Below, piece after piece: positions 36,968-50,023 of a stretch of DNA of 64,000 nt. This stretch comes from Saccostrea cucullata (taxonomy: Eukaryota), in contig NW_026937591.1 of assembly GCF_032062105.1 (NCBI RefSeq), positions 1-64,000 on the forward strand. Reading direction: 5' to 3'. The position numbers and the translations under genes are program-made. The number at the start of each line of letters is the position of its first letter. Position 1 is the stretch's first letter. The notes beneath the pieces are model-generated. The model worked only from the letters and a program-made list of their open reading frames with translations, searched no databases and was not told where the DNA came from.

Positions 36968-38420
36968 ACGTAACGAGAATTCATGTACACAAACACAAGA
37001 AATCGGAATCTAAAGCATTTAGAACAAATTTCATGTGTGATTCATGTGGGAATAAAAAAAGATAAGGTACACTAATATAATTCTACAATTTCTTCGTAAA
37101 ATAAAAGCAGATAGGGTGTTTACTTGCCGATCAGCCTTTCCTCTGTCGTTCGTAACAAAAAAGATGCAAAAGTTCAACACTACGCCGCATTATTTGGAAC
37201 TTAATTTTTGTTTCTATCTAAAGTTCTTATTCTATTGTTTTTGGAAAGTGATGCATTTTTTCCGATGCTTTGAACAAAATGTAAAAATTTTGGGAAGGTT
37301 TCGTCCGAAAGTGTTGAATAATTATTTCTGTGATAGGACAGTAGGATTCTAGCAGCACTTTTCATGGTACAGAGATGTTTTTTACATAATTATTATTACA
37401 AAATGAAATTAATTATCCCCGGGGTAGTGTTGAACTTTTCACTTTTTCATTAAGGCATATTTACTAATTATAGACGTCATGTTGTGACGTCGTGGTGACT
37501 TTTCCGATTTGTTAGTTTTACATATTATAAAAAAAAAGTGTCACTTCGCCGAATTCTGATCCGTGTGCTGCCTTAACAAACCCGCGGTGTCTGTCATAAA
37601 AACTCTAACCTTGATAAGGGTGTACATATGTAACACAATATGCCATAAATAATGACATCCCATCCATTAAGAAAAAGACACCAAGCTCAAGATCAAAAGT
37701 CCATAAAACAATACAAAATAGGAGCAGAACAAACACGGACTACCAAAACATCAGAAGATCTGATGCAATGAAGTAGCGAGCATTTGATTATTCAAGATCA
37801 ATGTTTGTTTATTTGATTCACATTAAATTTCATTAAAATTGTGTTATTCTTCACTTGGTAAATACATGATAAAACAATAATCATAAGAATGTATGGAATC
37901 ATTATGATATTTACCTACTTACATTTGCACAGCATATAACATTATTACATGTACGAAAATATTATATGCTACTATAATTGAAACGAATATTATTTGCTTT
38001 CTAAAAAAATTCATAGTAAACAATGATCAAAATAGATATGAAATACTTTTAAAAGACAAGATCTGACTTATATCTTTAAAAAAATCCACAACAATTTCAA
38101 AAGAAAAATTTTTAATTTATACATCATAGCACAAAACAAAAAGAATTAGTATATTTATGCACATTTGGTGTCATATTTTTTATGATAGCATCGTGTTTAA
38201 TGTACGAATATTAATTTATCATAAATTTAATCTATTACGTAAGCTAATTGTGCAATTACGAAGATTTCTTTTATTATTTTTTGTAGCATTGGATAACCAT
38301 GAAAATTGTTTTGTTTTATTCCATCTGTTAGGAATATATGTAGTAAAGTTTTCAAAACGTAGCATATTGAGTTTTAAAATCATGATAAATGCAAATAACC
38401 AAGATAAATTACAAAAAAAA

Positions 38421-38879
38421 TTAATCAAAGAAATCAGAAATTGAATCTGCATGTCCACCATTAACGACAGATTCTGTTAACTCTCTTTCGCAAACAAAAC
38501 CAACAGGAAGTTCCTTGACATCTTGTCGAAGATCATAACTTCCATCACATTTTGGTACTAACTGCATAACATTGAATCGTTTCTTTTCCTGCCTACATTC
38601 GCTGTGTTCGTTCAATTCACATTCTGTTCTGTTGAGTTTCTGTGCTTTATGGATAACCCTCGGTATCCAGTTCTCGTCAACATCCGGTATCCATACCCAA
38701 GCACAGGGACAACTTCCGGTTTTATTGGGACATCTATTGGCTTCAGTGATCATTTTTGAAATTCTTTCCAGAGATGACATGGGAAATGTTATTCTTTGAG
38801 ATTGCTGACCAGAGACTGGGTGAATCGGATGATGAGTCAATCCGGATAGGAGGAGAAAAAGAATTGCTGATGTGATAAG
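38421..38879 (-). CDS. Interleukin-17-like protein, copy 2 (main coding exon)
   Basis: Open frame from the acceptor, LITSAILFLLLSG signal-like segment, same IL-17-like motif set; stop after ISDFFD. Confidence 0.72.
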   Translation of the reverse strand, partial: LITSAILFLLLSGLTHHPIHPVSGQQSQRITFPMSSLERISKMITEANRCPNKTGSCPCAWVWIPDVDENWIPRVIHKAQKLNRTECELNEHSECRQEKKRFNVMQLVPKCDGSYDLRQDVKELPVGFVCERELTESVVNGGHADSISDFFD

Positions 38880-38923
38880 CTGAAAAAAGGATATATATTT
38901 TTAATGGAATGTTATGATTCTTT

Positions 38924-39380
38924 TATTATACTTCTGTTAAAATGTTTCCTATATAAAGTTCAGAAGGTAAAACAGCTATCTTTTATAGTTCACGCATAGA
39001 AAAGCTATACCCCGGGGTATAGGTTTTGCTATCCATCCTCGGAAAATTTTCATGCAATTTTTGCCTCCAATTTTGATTTCCAGCGATAAATGTATTGACT
39101 ATTGATGTCATAATGACTTCAGTAGCATTGTGACGTCATCAGGATTTCAGATTATTCTTGCAGTATCTTACTAAAAAAATTCAGACCTCAGAAATTATAC
39201 TATACATCAGTATAATAAAACGCTTATCCACTGTTAGTGAGTGGGATAGCTCTTTTATCAGACCCTTGACAGGGACTATTCCCCTCGGGCAAGCCCTCGG
39301 GGAATAGTTCCCTGTCGCAGGTTTGATAAAAGAACTATCCCACTCACAACCAGTGGATAAGTGTATATTATACATCTGTT
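38924..39380. mobile_element. 442-bp insertion with long terminal hairpin (Crypton-like non-autonomous) in the IL-17-like copy 2 intron
   Basis: Absent from copy 1. Bounded by the direct repeat TATTATAC(T/A)TCTGTT. Hairpin 39210-39373 centred on CCTCGGGCAAGCCCTCGGG. Confidence 0.75.
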
Positions 39381-41973
39381 TGATAAATGCCTCAGTGAAT
39401 ATCCAGGCATATCTTAATTATATTTTTCAGTTTGATCTGTTATACTAATACTTAATTTAACGGATAAACATAACAGGACTGGACAGCCTTCATAAGTCCT
39501 CTCAAAAATACTTTTAAAAAATTACAAATACTTACCGAATTATGGGTTTAATTTTGCATATGAACATTCATTTAACAACTAAATTTTGCATGCACCACAG
39601 TGTATTTTGGGAAAATATTTTGCAATTAAAGCAGCTGTATTTTAAGATATTATTTTCGTATTTCAATTACCAGTATTATTTTCAGAAAACAGATTTCGTT
39701 GCTTGAAAGATATAAGGACGTAAAACGTTGGTAATTTAAACGTAAGTATACATTGCTTGGACAATAAAACAGGGCTTAATTTAAACAGCTATGTTTGTTG
39801 AATTTTTTTTTCTGGTAGAGAATTCAAATACTTCATTTTTGATACTGCTATTGAAAGAAACTTTGATTATTATGTACAATTAATGAATTCTGTGGTTTTC
39901 TGAAGTCTATTGCTTATATGCTAGTGAAAAAAAAATTTAAAAAGTTTTAAATTGTCATAAACTGACCTGGAGATTTTCAAGTAATTGTAGTCCTCCGTAT
40001 TCCAGAATTTTTTTTCCCTTTCAGTTTCTTTAATGATTCAGTGTGTGATTAGATGAAACAGAGTTTTCTTCTTCATCAAACCATCGTCAATCTCAAAAAA
40101 AAAGTTTTCATCAAGACAGCTAGGTCTTTGTATCAAACCAAAGAAAAATGAAATTTTCATTGAATGACCTTGAGATTTTCAATTAAGTTTAGTCCTCCAC
40201 ACGTCAGATGTACTTTTTCTCCTCTCAAGAATATCTTTGCCATGCACGGGTAGATGCTATTTTCAAGTGTTCTTTGAAAATAATCTTTGATCCGCGTATC
40301 ACTCATTATTTTTAAAAAAACAAATTAACCTCTTGCTTCATTATAAATTTAAATGTGTCTATTGAAACACCTAGTTTTTTCATCAACATCAAAAGTACAA
40401 ATTTTATTACAAATGATGTGACTTTTCTCTTATTTCTACGAAGTACCTTGTTATTATCTGCAAAATCAATTTTAATGCAAGAAAAATAGATGTACCGGTT
40501 TTCTTTTCAAAACAGAAGTTTTCATTCACTTTGTAACTTCCTAGAGTCCTATTTTTTATCAAAATAAACAGATTCATTCTATGAAGAAATCCTGATGAAA
40601 CAACTTCTAATACATGTAATTGAGTTTTCGGATTTTTTAAAGATTTTTTTTTAAATAATGGTATCTCAGAAGAAACTAAATTAAATGTTTTACCTAATTA
40701 TAGTGGGCGAGGAAGATTAAACATATCTTTTTTTTTGAATAATATTTTCACATTTAAGGATTAATTTTAAATGATTGCTACATGTATTTTAAGCAGTATA
40801 TTTTTCTTCTCAAAATAGCTTCATTGTAGGTAATTTACATATTCTTAAAAAAACGAAAAAAGAATCCCTCTATTCAAAATTAGTTCAAATATCCTGAAAT
40901 ATATGTGAGAAGTAATACATTACATTAAGAATGAAGAAAGAAAACATTATTCATGAAGTTAAACATCAAACACGGACATCTAGAACATTCAGAGACGGGT
41001 TAGATGACATTAATAAGTAGACCTTCCCGCTTAAAGGTTGACACAGGCCATTTGCCCTTAACATGATTTTGCAAACGAGAAAGACTTTAGAAAATTAGGT
41101 TTCGTACTGAAGGCATTATTTTTTTTTTTTTATCAAAACGTGAGTCAGATTTCGACTCAGTGATAGATTTCTTGTAACGATAGTAGAAATTGCAAAATAT
41201 TGACGTTTACATATAACTTCTTTGGTCATTTTATTGATTCATCATTTTATTTGTCAAAAGATTGTCTCATTTTTTGTTTTGAAAACATTGAATTAAATTT
41301 TTAAAAAATGTAAAAAGATTGCTGAAAATAAGTTGCAAACTTCTCTTTTTTACCCCATATTATCCAGATCTTTTAAAAAAAAATATCGTAAAAAAATATA
41401 ATTTCCTAAACATATCTGCAATTTTTTGCAGAAATGTGCATTTCAAAATGGCCATATTAACCATTACATGTTGGCAAGTTAAATCATCAGTTGATGATCT
41501 GCTAAAAATCTTTTTTTTTTCCTAAAATTGGGATTTTACCATTTATTTTATTAATATTTATTTGTCCTTATTTGGAATTATTTTAGCTATTCATCAATCC
41601 TTGTATTCATTTAAATATTTAAACTTGCATCAATTAATTGACCAAGGTATTCATTTCTGTGCAACTGAAATGTTAATAATTTATGTTCAGTAAGTGTTAT
41701 GTTTATTGATATTTCTTGCAACGATGCGTCAACTATTTATTATACTAAGTAATTATTTTGCCTGTTTGCCGGTCATAAAAGTAGACGAAGGCTTCGAAAG
41801 AAAAATAATCATCTTACCTCCAAACTCGAAAATCCTATTTTATATGTGTTGGGGGATGGGATTTTTAAAATTATCTTATAGTAAAAAGTTCTGTTTGAAA
41901 CAAAATTAAGATCAACATCCCCCTCCACTTTATGATTGTTCCGTGTAAATGCAAACGTATTGTATATAAATAA

Positions 41974-43811
41974 GGGGGCCGACTGGGGTTTTCATTGCGC
42001 AATTTTTCGCACATCATAGTAAAATGGAAGCGTTTTTACTGTTTTACATTGTAAAGCAACTTTTTTCACTTAATTAATAACATTAAACAAAATTAAGAAA
42101 TTACAGTTTTAAAAATGTAATTACAATGTTATATAACTGATTTTTTAAACCTACTGCGCAGCTGATAGGTAGGTTGACGTCGATATAGTGTGCTTTTGAC
42201 GTTATGATAAACTGAAGCTCTTAAGGGAAGGGGTAATCAAGATGTTATTAAAGAAAAAAGTAATAACATACGCTCATGAAATTTAAAACATAGACATCTG
42301 AGAATTTCTCCATTATTTTTAGTATAGGCCTAATTTCATTTAAATTTTGTGACTGTCATATTTTGTACATGTAGTACTCTATAGAAAAAAGGAGAATTCG
42401 TTAATGTTTGGCCTTTTGAGATGCTCCCTCTGGTAACAAGAGTGTAGAATTTTGTGTGTCTTACATATAATGCACAATATAGTATTACTTATCATATATT
42501 ATAGTTTGAACAAAAAGTCTATCGTAGTATTTGTATAATTTTCTTTTAAGTGCTAGAATTGGAAATTTTCTAAATACATTCTATAGTAAATGTACCTGTA
42601 TTTTGAGACGGTCCCTTAAAAATACCTGGAAGGTAGATTTCTCTTAAACTCGGCGTGTACACTATAGTTAATGTAAATTATACGAGGGCTGTTCGGAAAT
42701 TATTGAGACATTGTGAATATTTTGCTTTCTAATGAACGTCTTTCGGTGAAAATTTGCATATACGTTTGACATACACTAAAAATTAATATAAGCAAGAAAT
42801 ATTTTACAAACATTAAATATTTTCTCTACAATGGTATATAAATGTGTCTATAGTAGGGGTACCCGGAGCAGTCGCGGAATCGGATATTGAAAATATGTAA
42901 CACCAAAATTCTAACTCTTCGTGGATCCATAATGAGAGTGAAAATAATTCAGTTTAAGTGTATAATTTTTCAGCTTTGTTTCAAATTCGTGTTGTGCAAC
43001 TTTGATAGAATTTTGATCAGAAATACGGAGATCATAAAAAAAATTAAGCGCGGTAGAGAAATCTGCTAACAAGGACAAAATGGATTTTGACGTCAAGGGC
43101 GGAGCAGCCAGCATACCTAAAATTTTGTGTAGCGCAATGTAGAACTCTTTTCAAGACTGAACGACCTGCTAAAACAATAACAACGAGAAAAAATAATGTG
43201 TTAGGGTTTGTTTTTTCATTGGCATACATTTTTTTTACAATTAATTTAACCAGAGTAAAATTAAAAGATCTGGACGACCATGAGTTATTACGTACATTAT
43301 TGATATCGTTACGGTATTAAACCCGCGTTGCATAAATCGGCACTGCATGATTCTAAGTCATCCTTTCCCACAAATGAACATTTTTCACTGGGGTAGCAAC
43401 AGCATACATTTTTAAAGAATAGTTTAAGAATAGAGACTATTTGATTTTTGTAATGTTATATGTAATAACAAAGAAGGAAGAGTATTAAACGCTTCCCGAT
43501 CGTTTCACATGCGAAACCATCTGCGGCTAACGTAACGTTAATTGACGTAACGATGCTGCTCCGGGACGATAGACATATGCATATTTATTACTTCACCGAA
43601 ACTTACCTCATTATCATAGGAATAAGAAATTTTGCATAAGTGTTTTAGTCGTTCTTTATAAGATGTTGATGAATTTTCATGAAATTATCTCCGTCCTTTG
43701 TGGAGTAAATGTAATTGTCTCAATAATTTCCGAACAGCCCTCGTACATGATATAAAAATGAAGAGTTTTTGCTATTGTAGTTTTCACACAATAAGACCCA
43801 AGTCGGCCACC
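41974..43811. mobile_element. PIF/Tourist-like MITE with TAA TSD, containing a mariner MITE
   Basis: TAA|GGGGGCCGACTGGGG ... CCCAAGTCGGCCACC|TAA; an older paralog near 3475-3492 lacks it. Confidence 0.75.
42683..43743. mobile_element. Tc1/mariner-type MITE, 1061 bp
   Basis: Perfect 28-bp TIR CGAGGGCTGTTCGGAAATTATTGAGACA with TA TSD. Confidence 0.92.
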
Positions 43812-43820
43812 TAAGTTCAA

Positions 43821-44400
43821 AGAACAAGGTTCACTTTTGCCTTATTTGGCCCTGTGAATTTCTGAAAAACTGAAACTGCATAAACTTAGTGAACAATGCA
43901 TTGAATATCACTTAGGTCTTTGGTGACTGCGTATCTATCAAAAATGACGTCATTTTCTGGCTAGTCAATGCATTATGACGTCACAAAATGCGTCAATATC
44001 CTCATATTCTGAAAAAGTCTACTAAAACGATCAATTTTAAAGCTGTTTTTCGATATTTAATATAGATCGTAACCTAGGATCTAAAATATGCAACTACTAA
44101 ATGATAGAACTGTTTCTAGGCATTAAATGACATGTTTTATTTTTTAGATCAGAGAGTGCGCTGATATTATTTTTCTTCACTGAAAGCACTCAGTTATGCA
44201 TATTTACCCTAAAATTCAAGAATATTGCTATTTCATAAAGCCAGTTCTCGAAGACCTGGACTTTTAGGAGAAAAATTTTAAAAGGAAATGAAAGTACTAA
44301 GTCTCTATTTTATTTTAATGCTTCAAATGGAAAATCAAGTGTTAATCAATCAATTGGTATATCTACAGGGCCATTTTATGCATAAAGTGAACCGAGCTCT
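43821..44400. mobile_element. Degenerate MITE, possibly Kolobok-like
   Basis: Imperfect TIR AGAACAAGGTTCACTTT / AAAGTGAACCGAGCTCT; absent from the paralog near 3490. Confidence 0.5.
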
Positions 44401-47122
44401 TTGATCAGATAATTTTATTTAGTAGAGAAATTCAAACCACATATGAATAAAAAAGAATTTTTTAATGTATTTAATCCCTAATAGCAACATATTCAATGAA
44501 ATTGAATACATTAAAGATGTGTAAGTTTTGTGTAAGTATAGAATACTCAGTTTATAAGATATAATTCCCGTCTTTTACAATTAGCATGTAAGGGTGGGAT
44601 GGTCCTAAGAACTGCGAACGATAGTATTGTTCTCCCGTCTACCTCCAAGTCGATTTTCAAAAGTTAACATATTCGATGATTTTTTGATATTTTTAATAGA
44701 TAATTATATGGATTTTCATCATTACTTATTTGGGAAAACAAAGAGAGATAACTCTAAAATTTTGGTGAAACTTGTGTTTTACACTATAGAAATCATCGGA
44801 AAATGGAAAAAAAAAATTTAAAAATCTTTCCCCACTGTGACAAAAAAATTCCTTTTTACAGGTAATATGGACTGTTATTTCACAAAATTATACTAAAGCG
44901 TTTTGTGTGTCACGGAGGGAACATATATTTATTGACAAAAAACGACAAAAATGCTTATATTTCACCAATTTCAAAGCGATTTACAACTGAAACATTATAT
45001 TTTATTAATATATCTATGTTTATTTATTTGCCTAAAATATAAGAAAAGATATAAGGAACATTTGATCATATCCAAGACTATTTCAAAATATGATGATGCC
45101 TAAAAGTCCGATTTGAATGGAAAATATCATCTACCCCCTTTTTTCAAGGGCTGGAACTATGGATAATTTAATGTTTAGCGCTGGTATTATGACAATTCAT
45201 CAATTACCATTGAACTTTTCTTTGTATGAAACAAAGAATTTATGGCCAAATTATCATTTTAATTGAATTAAATGGTTGCAAAATGTAGGCGGGAATCGAG
45301 AGTTAGGTTGCGTATTTCTTCATGACCTTGAAATTTGGTAAGAGTTATCACCCTTTATTTTCAATTAAATAATAAAAAAAATCAATTTTAAAAAAAACTT
45401 ATCTGGTGAAAAAAAGTGTTTTAAATTGTTATTCTATTTCTAATGATTCAATGCATCTTTCCACCACAGTATTTAATGATATTCTAATTATTCGAATTTT
45501 TATTTTAATAAAAACGCTTTTCACTACAGACCTCAATGCAATCTCTTTTAATTAACTACTTCTTAGTTAATGAAATGTTTGACAATTTCACGTGGGCAAT
45601 TCGTGATCGCCAACACTCTAAAGAAAACTAACGTTATATAACCCGAACGTTTCACCGTAGTTTACATGCATTTGTTTGCCAAAGGTAAGCGTTTTTAAAA
45701 AACTTTGTGTGTATTTTAATGAGTGTAATTACTTTATTTAAAAAATGGTATCGTGATTTAGATATATAATGAATATGTTGATAAAAAAAAAGCTTCACTA
45801 TATCCCAGTTCCTTTGTACGTTTACAAGTTTAACATAGTTATTCATTATCAGATTATAACTTGCTAAATAATATGGAAAGAGACGCAGATAAGCCATGTA
45901 AGTCTTCAAGGTAAAACATACATGTTTACATATACTAGTGATTGAATTACTGAATTCCTTTTTTTTTTTTCTTTTTTTATATTATCTACTTTTACTTTAG
46001 TTTTAAATTCATTGTATCAGCTACGGAAACCCATTGAAATATTTATTTTTTAAAGTAGGAAAAGTTTCTTTTCTTATCAATATATGGGGGAAAATGAAAT
46101 GACTGTTTCGTGTAGATTGAACACTTTTTAAAAATACAATGTCATAAAAATAGTCTTTTAAATGTATTCGTAACAAAAATGATGAATTGAGAATAGATCT
46201 GTTCAATTTTATAATACAAATCGTTAAATTCATTCTTAAAAATCATATTGAAATTAAAAAAAATATGACACTTGATCGGGGAAAAGTCACAGACCCTGGT
46301 AACACAGTGGGTGATCAGTGACCCTTTTCACATTTTTTTTCTTCGAATGAAATTTCACCACTCAATATTTTTTTATTTAATGAAGATGTTTTTTTCTTTA
46401 TGAATATTATTTACAATGCATTCATAAAATAAAATTATAGTGTAATAGAAAAAAAGATTTTTCCGCCTTAGATACCTGTTGAAGAATGGTGGGGAAATTA
46501 ATTCTTAGTCGTAGGATTTTTTCTGAAATGACCAACAGGTTCCTTGTTGAAGTAAACGTTTCCATGGCGACTGATCAGAACCCGCTTTTTTGAACCTCAT
46601 TGTTAAAATTAAGGTCACCAAAATTAACAAGGACACAATTCATGAAATACATTTGTACGAAACATGTCAGTCAACATGTTCAAGTGATGACTGCACGTTG
46701 AGTAGTGTTTACAAACATTTTCTTTATAACGAAATGAATAAGCAAAATACTGGCAAAGCAGGGAAATATTAAAATTCCTTTGACACCAACTTATTTGAAA
46801 TTTATTTGATTCAGTTATTAGAACAAAATATACGAAGATTATATATTTTCTAATCGAATGAGTTGAGAGAAGTTCTTAAACTGATAATACCTGCTAGATT
46901 TTGCCTTAATGTTCTGGAAAGTTTAACAAAATACGCCGATTTTTTAAAGCTTAACAACAATTTTAAATCATTTATATAATTATGAAGAACATTGATAAAT
47001 CTAAAAATGTACATAAGAAATAGATTTAAATGTGGGGACTCATCTATACTTATATTTTAATACATTTTGCAGATAAACTCCGAAACGGCTGTACCAACGT
47101 TCTTACTTACTTCTCTGGAAAT

Positions 47123-47386
47123 AAACTAGATATAAGGTCATGTCAATAACTAATTCAGATTTCACTCGCATAATAATTATCGTAAATTTAATTGATAGTC
47201 TACTTTCATTATCGGTTAACAGCCTCGAAATAGCACAAAAGAGAGTACGGTGGTGGTTTCTGTTAGCAGCCATGCTATAAGCCTGTATATTTAACTGTCA
47301 GTAGAAAATTACAGATACTTTTTGGAATAGTATTTATACTAGTTAAAAAATTATTCTTCCGCGCTTGCGCGAGATTTCATCTAGTA
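47123..47386 (+). mobile_element. Short Helitron/HINE-like insertion
   Basis: AACTAGAT start and GC hairpin CCGCGCTTGCGCG just before the CATCTAGT end. Confidence 0.4.
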
Positions 47387-47544
47387 CATGTATGTACATG
47401 TATATATTTAGATTAGATCTTGACAAATTAAATTTTATGAATTAAATCGTTTAATTTTTAAAGCGAAATGTCCAACTTATTTAGTTGAAAGCCCATAAAC
47501 ATGATATAAACAATTTTTTTTAATTAAAATTTAATTATTTTTAG

Positions 47545-49682
47545 ATGAATGAAGTCAAGACTTCGAAGAACTGGCGTTCTGGCCTCAGTGTTGCTGAATG
47601 TAACAGATATATGCTGAAGAACGAGATTCATTGTGATGTCTCATTTAGAGTGGGGAAAGAAGAAAAGCTTGTTCGCGCTCATAAGTATGTTCTAGCGAGC
47701 AGAAGTCCCGTGTTTGACGCCATGTTGTATGGTGACCTGGCGGAAGCTAAGGAAATTAAAATTCCTGATATTGAGCCAGCTGTATTTCATGTTCTTTTAA
47801 GGTAGAATTTTCATTTTATTATTCCTTGCCTTATTTTTTAGCTCTTTGAAAATCAAATCCATAAATCTGTTGTTTTTTTCCTTTTCCTTGCGTTTTACGA
47901 ATCATTTCTACAATCAGTAATATCTACAGAGTAAATCAAAGTATTAAAACAAAAGCATTAAATTTTACATCAGGTATTCTTTATATGTATAGATTTGCAT
48001 TCAACGTAATGCCTGCATTGTGTGAATGTGCTTAAAAAAATCATGTTCAAAATATAAACGCCATATTTTCATTTTTTAAAAAAATATGATGAAGTCTTCC
48101 AGTAGTCATATGCACAGTTTCCGGTTTTGCTGAAGTATTTCCTCTGTCAGCTTACGTTCATGATATACTTATACCATCGTGTATCTTTACTTCAAATACC
48201 TATATTCATTTTTTTACGAAAATCTAATCTGTTTTTTTATTTTTTATTTTTTATTTATTTTTTTTTTTTTTTTTTGCCAAAATTTGATTTCAACAAATAT
48301 TTGAATTGAAAAGAGAGAGCATTAATTACAAATGCCAATGAAATATACAGCAGTATTGTTTTATATAAAATATATGTTACATCTGTCACAAGACAAAATT
48401 AAAAACAGCCCAGAAGGTACATACAATAAAAGAAATGAAATGCATATCTTAAATTTGCCCTAATTAATGTAGAACAATCGTGCATACAGAACTCTATAAG
48501 TGTACAAAAAAAAAACATGACTAAAAATGGCAAAAAAGAATGGACTTGATTAAAAAACATACCACAAACTTGTCGAAAACAAGCAGGTCAGATTTTATAC
48601 TTATAATTTAATATGTTTTTTATATAGATTTCTGTATTGCGGTGATGTTGATGTTACCAAGGATACAGTCATTGGGGCATTGTACGCTGCTGATAAATAT
48701 GATGCTGATGAATTGAAAAAAGAAATGCAATCATATTTAGATCAAAATATTACAACGGAAACTGTCTGTACAATCCTTGAACCTGCAAAGTTATTCAACT
48801 TTGAAAATCTGAAAGAAAAATGTATGGATTTCATTGAACAAAACTGTGAGTCCGTATTTCAGTCGCCGTCTGCTTTAGGACTAATGAAAGAAACCCTCAG
48901 CGAGATAGTCTCATCCGATAACTTAAATATAGAGGAACTGGAAATTTATCAATTTCTTATAAAATGGGGCTGAAAACCAATGCGAAAGAAAACGTAAAGA
49001 AAAGTCTGATGGCAATATCAAAAAAGAGATAGGAGATATCATCTATCACGTTCGTTTTCAGTCCTTGACTTTAGAAACATTTGCAAAAGATGTTTGCAAA
49101 CGTCAAATACTTACTCCTGAAGAGATGATAATTTTGCAGCAAATTATTGTTGGTAATCTGCCCAAAGGAAACACAAAATTCAATCAAGAAGAGCGCGGAT
49201 ATACATGTAAAACATTTACGGTTTTTCGTGGCAGTGGACCGACAGAAAGTTGGAGTTATGGGGGTACCGAGGACAGTTTAGAATTTACAGTGAACAGAAA
49301 AGTTAAACTTCATGGTTTTATGATGTGGGGAGGAATGTCGGTTCCATATAGGTACACGGTTGAGGGAAAATTGATTGAAAACTATAACGAAATGGCCGAT
49401 ATACCTTCTCAGGTAATAGAAAAAACTGTTTCTTCGGATTATCAGTTTGTTGTTGAATTCAGGAAACCAGCGATCTTATATCCTTATAAACGATATAGAA
49501 TTTGGGTTAAATTACAAGGTCCTGACAGCTGGACGGGTCAAACTTACAAACAATCCGTCAATGAACAGGGTGTTCAGATAGACTTTTATAAGCATGATGG
49601 GAATAATAACGGGACTTCGGAAACTAATGGACAGTTTCCGGGATTAATCTTGTCATTGCAATCCCGTAGCTTTAATATCTAA
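47545..49682 (+). CDS. BTB-BACK-PHR protein (BTBD3/BTBD6-like), copy B; join(47545..47801,48628..49682) with one +1 frameshift at G4 48966-48969 (436 aa if corrected)
   Basis: Canonical splice sites. Removing one G gives KWAENQC..VRF continuous with a full PHR domain (W.Y.G..D.L.F.V, NNGTS...GQFP). Confidence 0.8.
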
Positions 49683-50023
49683 TTTATAATTTCTGTCATT
49701 TATGTCATATAAATTGTTTATTTTATAAAGAAAAATCAACACCGACTTGTATTTCACTAACTATTGTTTTACTATTTTTGCTGTTAATGTAATCACTTTT
49801 ATAACAATAAACTCAGTAAACATTTCTTGTTATTTCAGTTTTATTAATTAACCAAAAATACATAATGCGCTTAATCGAAACTTAAATTAACAAACAATTT
49901 TGCCCCGTTTTAAAATCGCCCGATCAAAGTTTTGTTTTAGAAATTATACTGCATTCTTTGAATTCGCCTCGTTTTATATTCGCCAAAATGAGGGTGGGGC
50001 GAAAATTTCCCTGTATACAGTAA

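Larger units (their letters stand above)
37585..43610 (+). repeat. Segmental duplication block 2 (paralog of 10360-26366; left part also of 62180-64000)
   Basis: Directly visible identity; contains the empty Harbinger and EnSpm sites. Confidence 0.9.

Noticed and set aside
44590-45140. Possible MITE with GGGTGGGATG / CATCTACCCC ends
   Set aside because: TIR and TSD are too degenerate to support a call.
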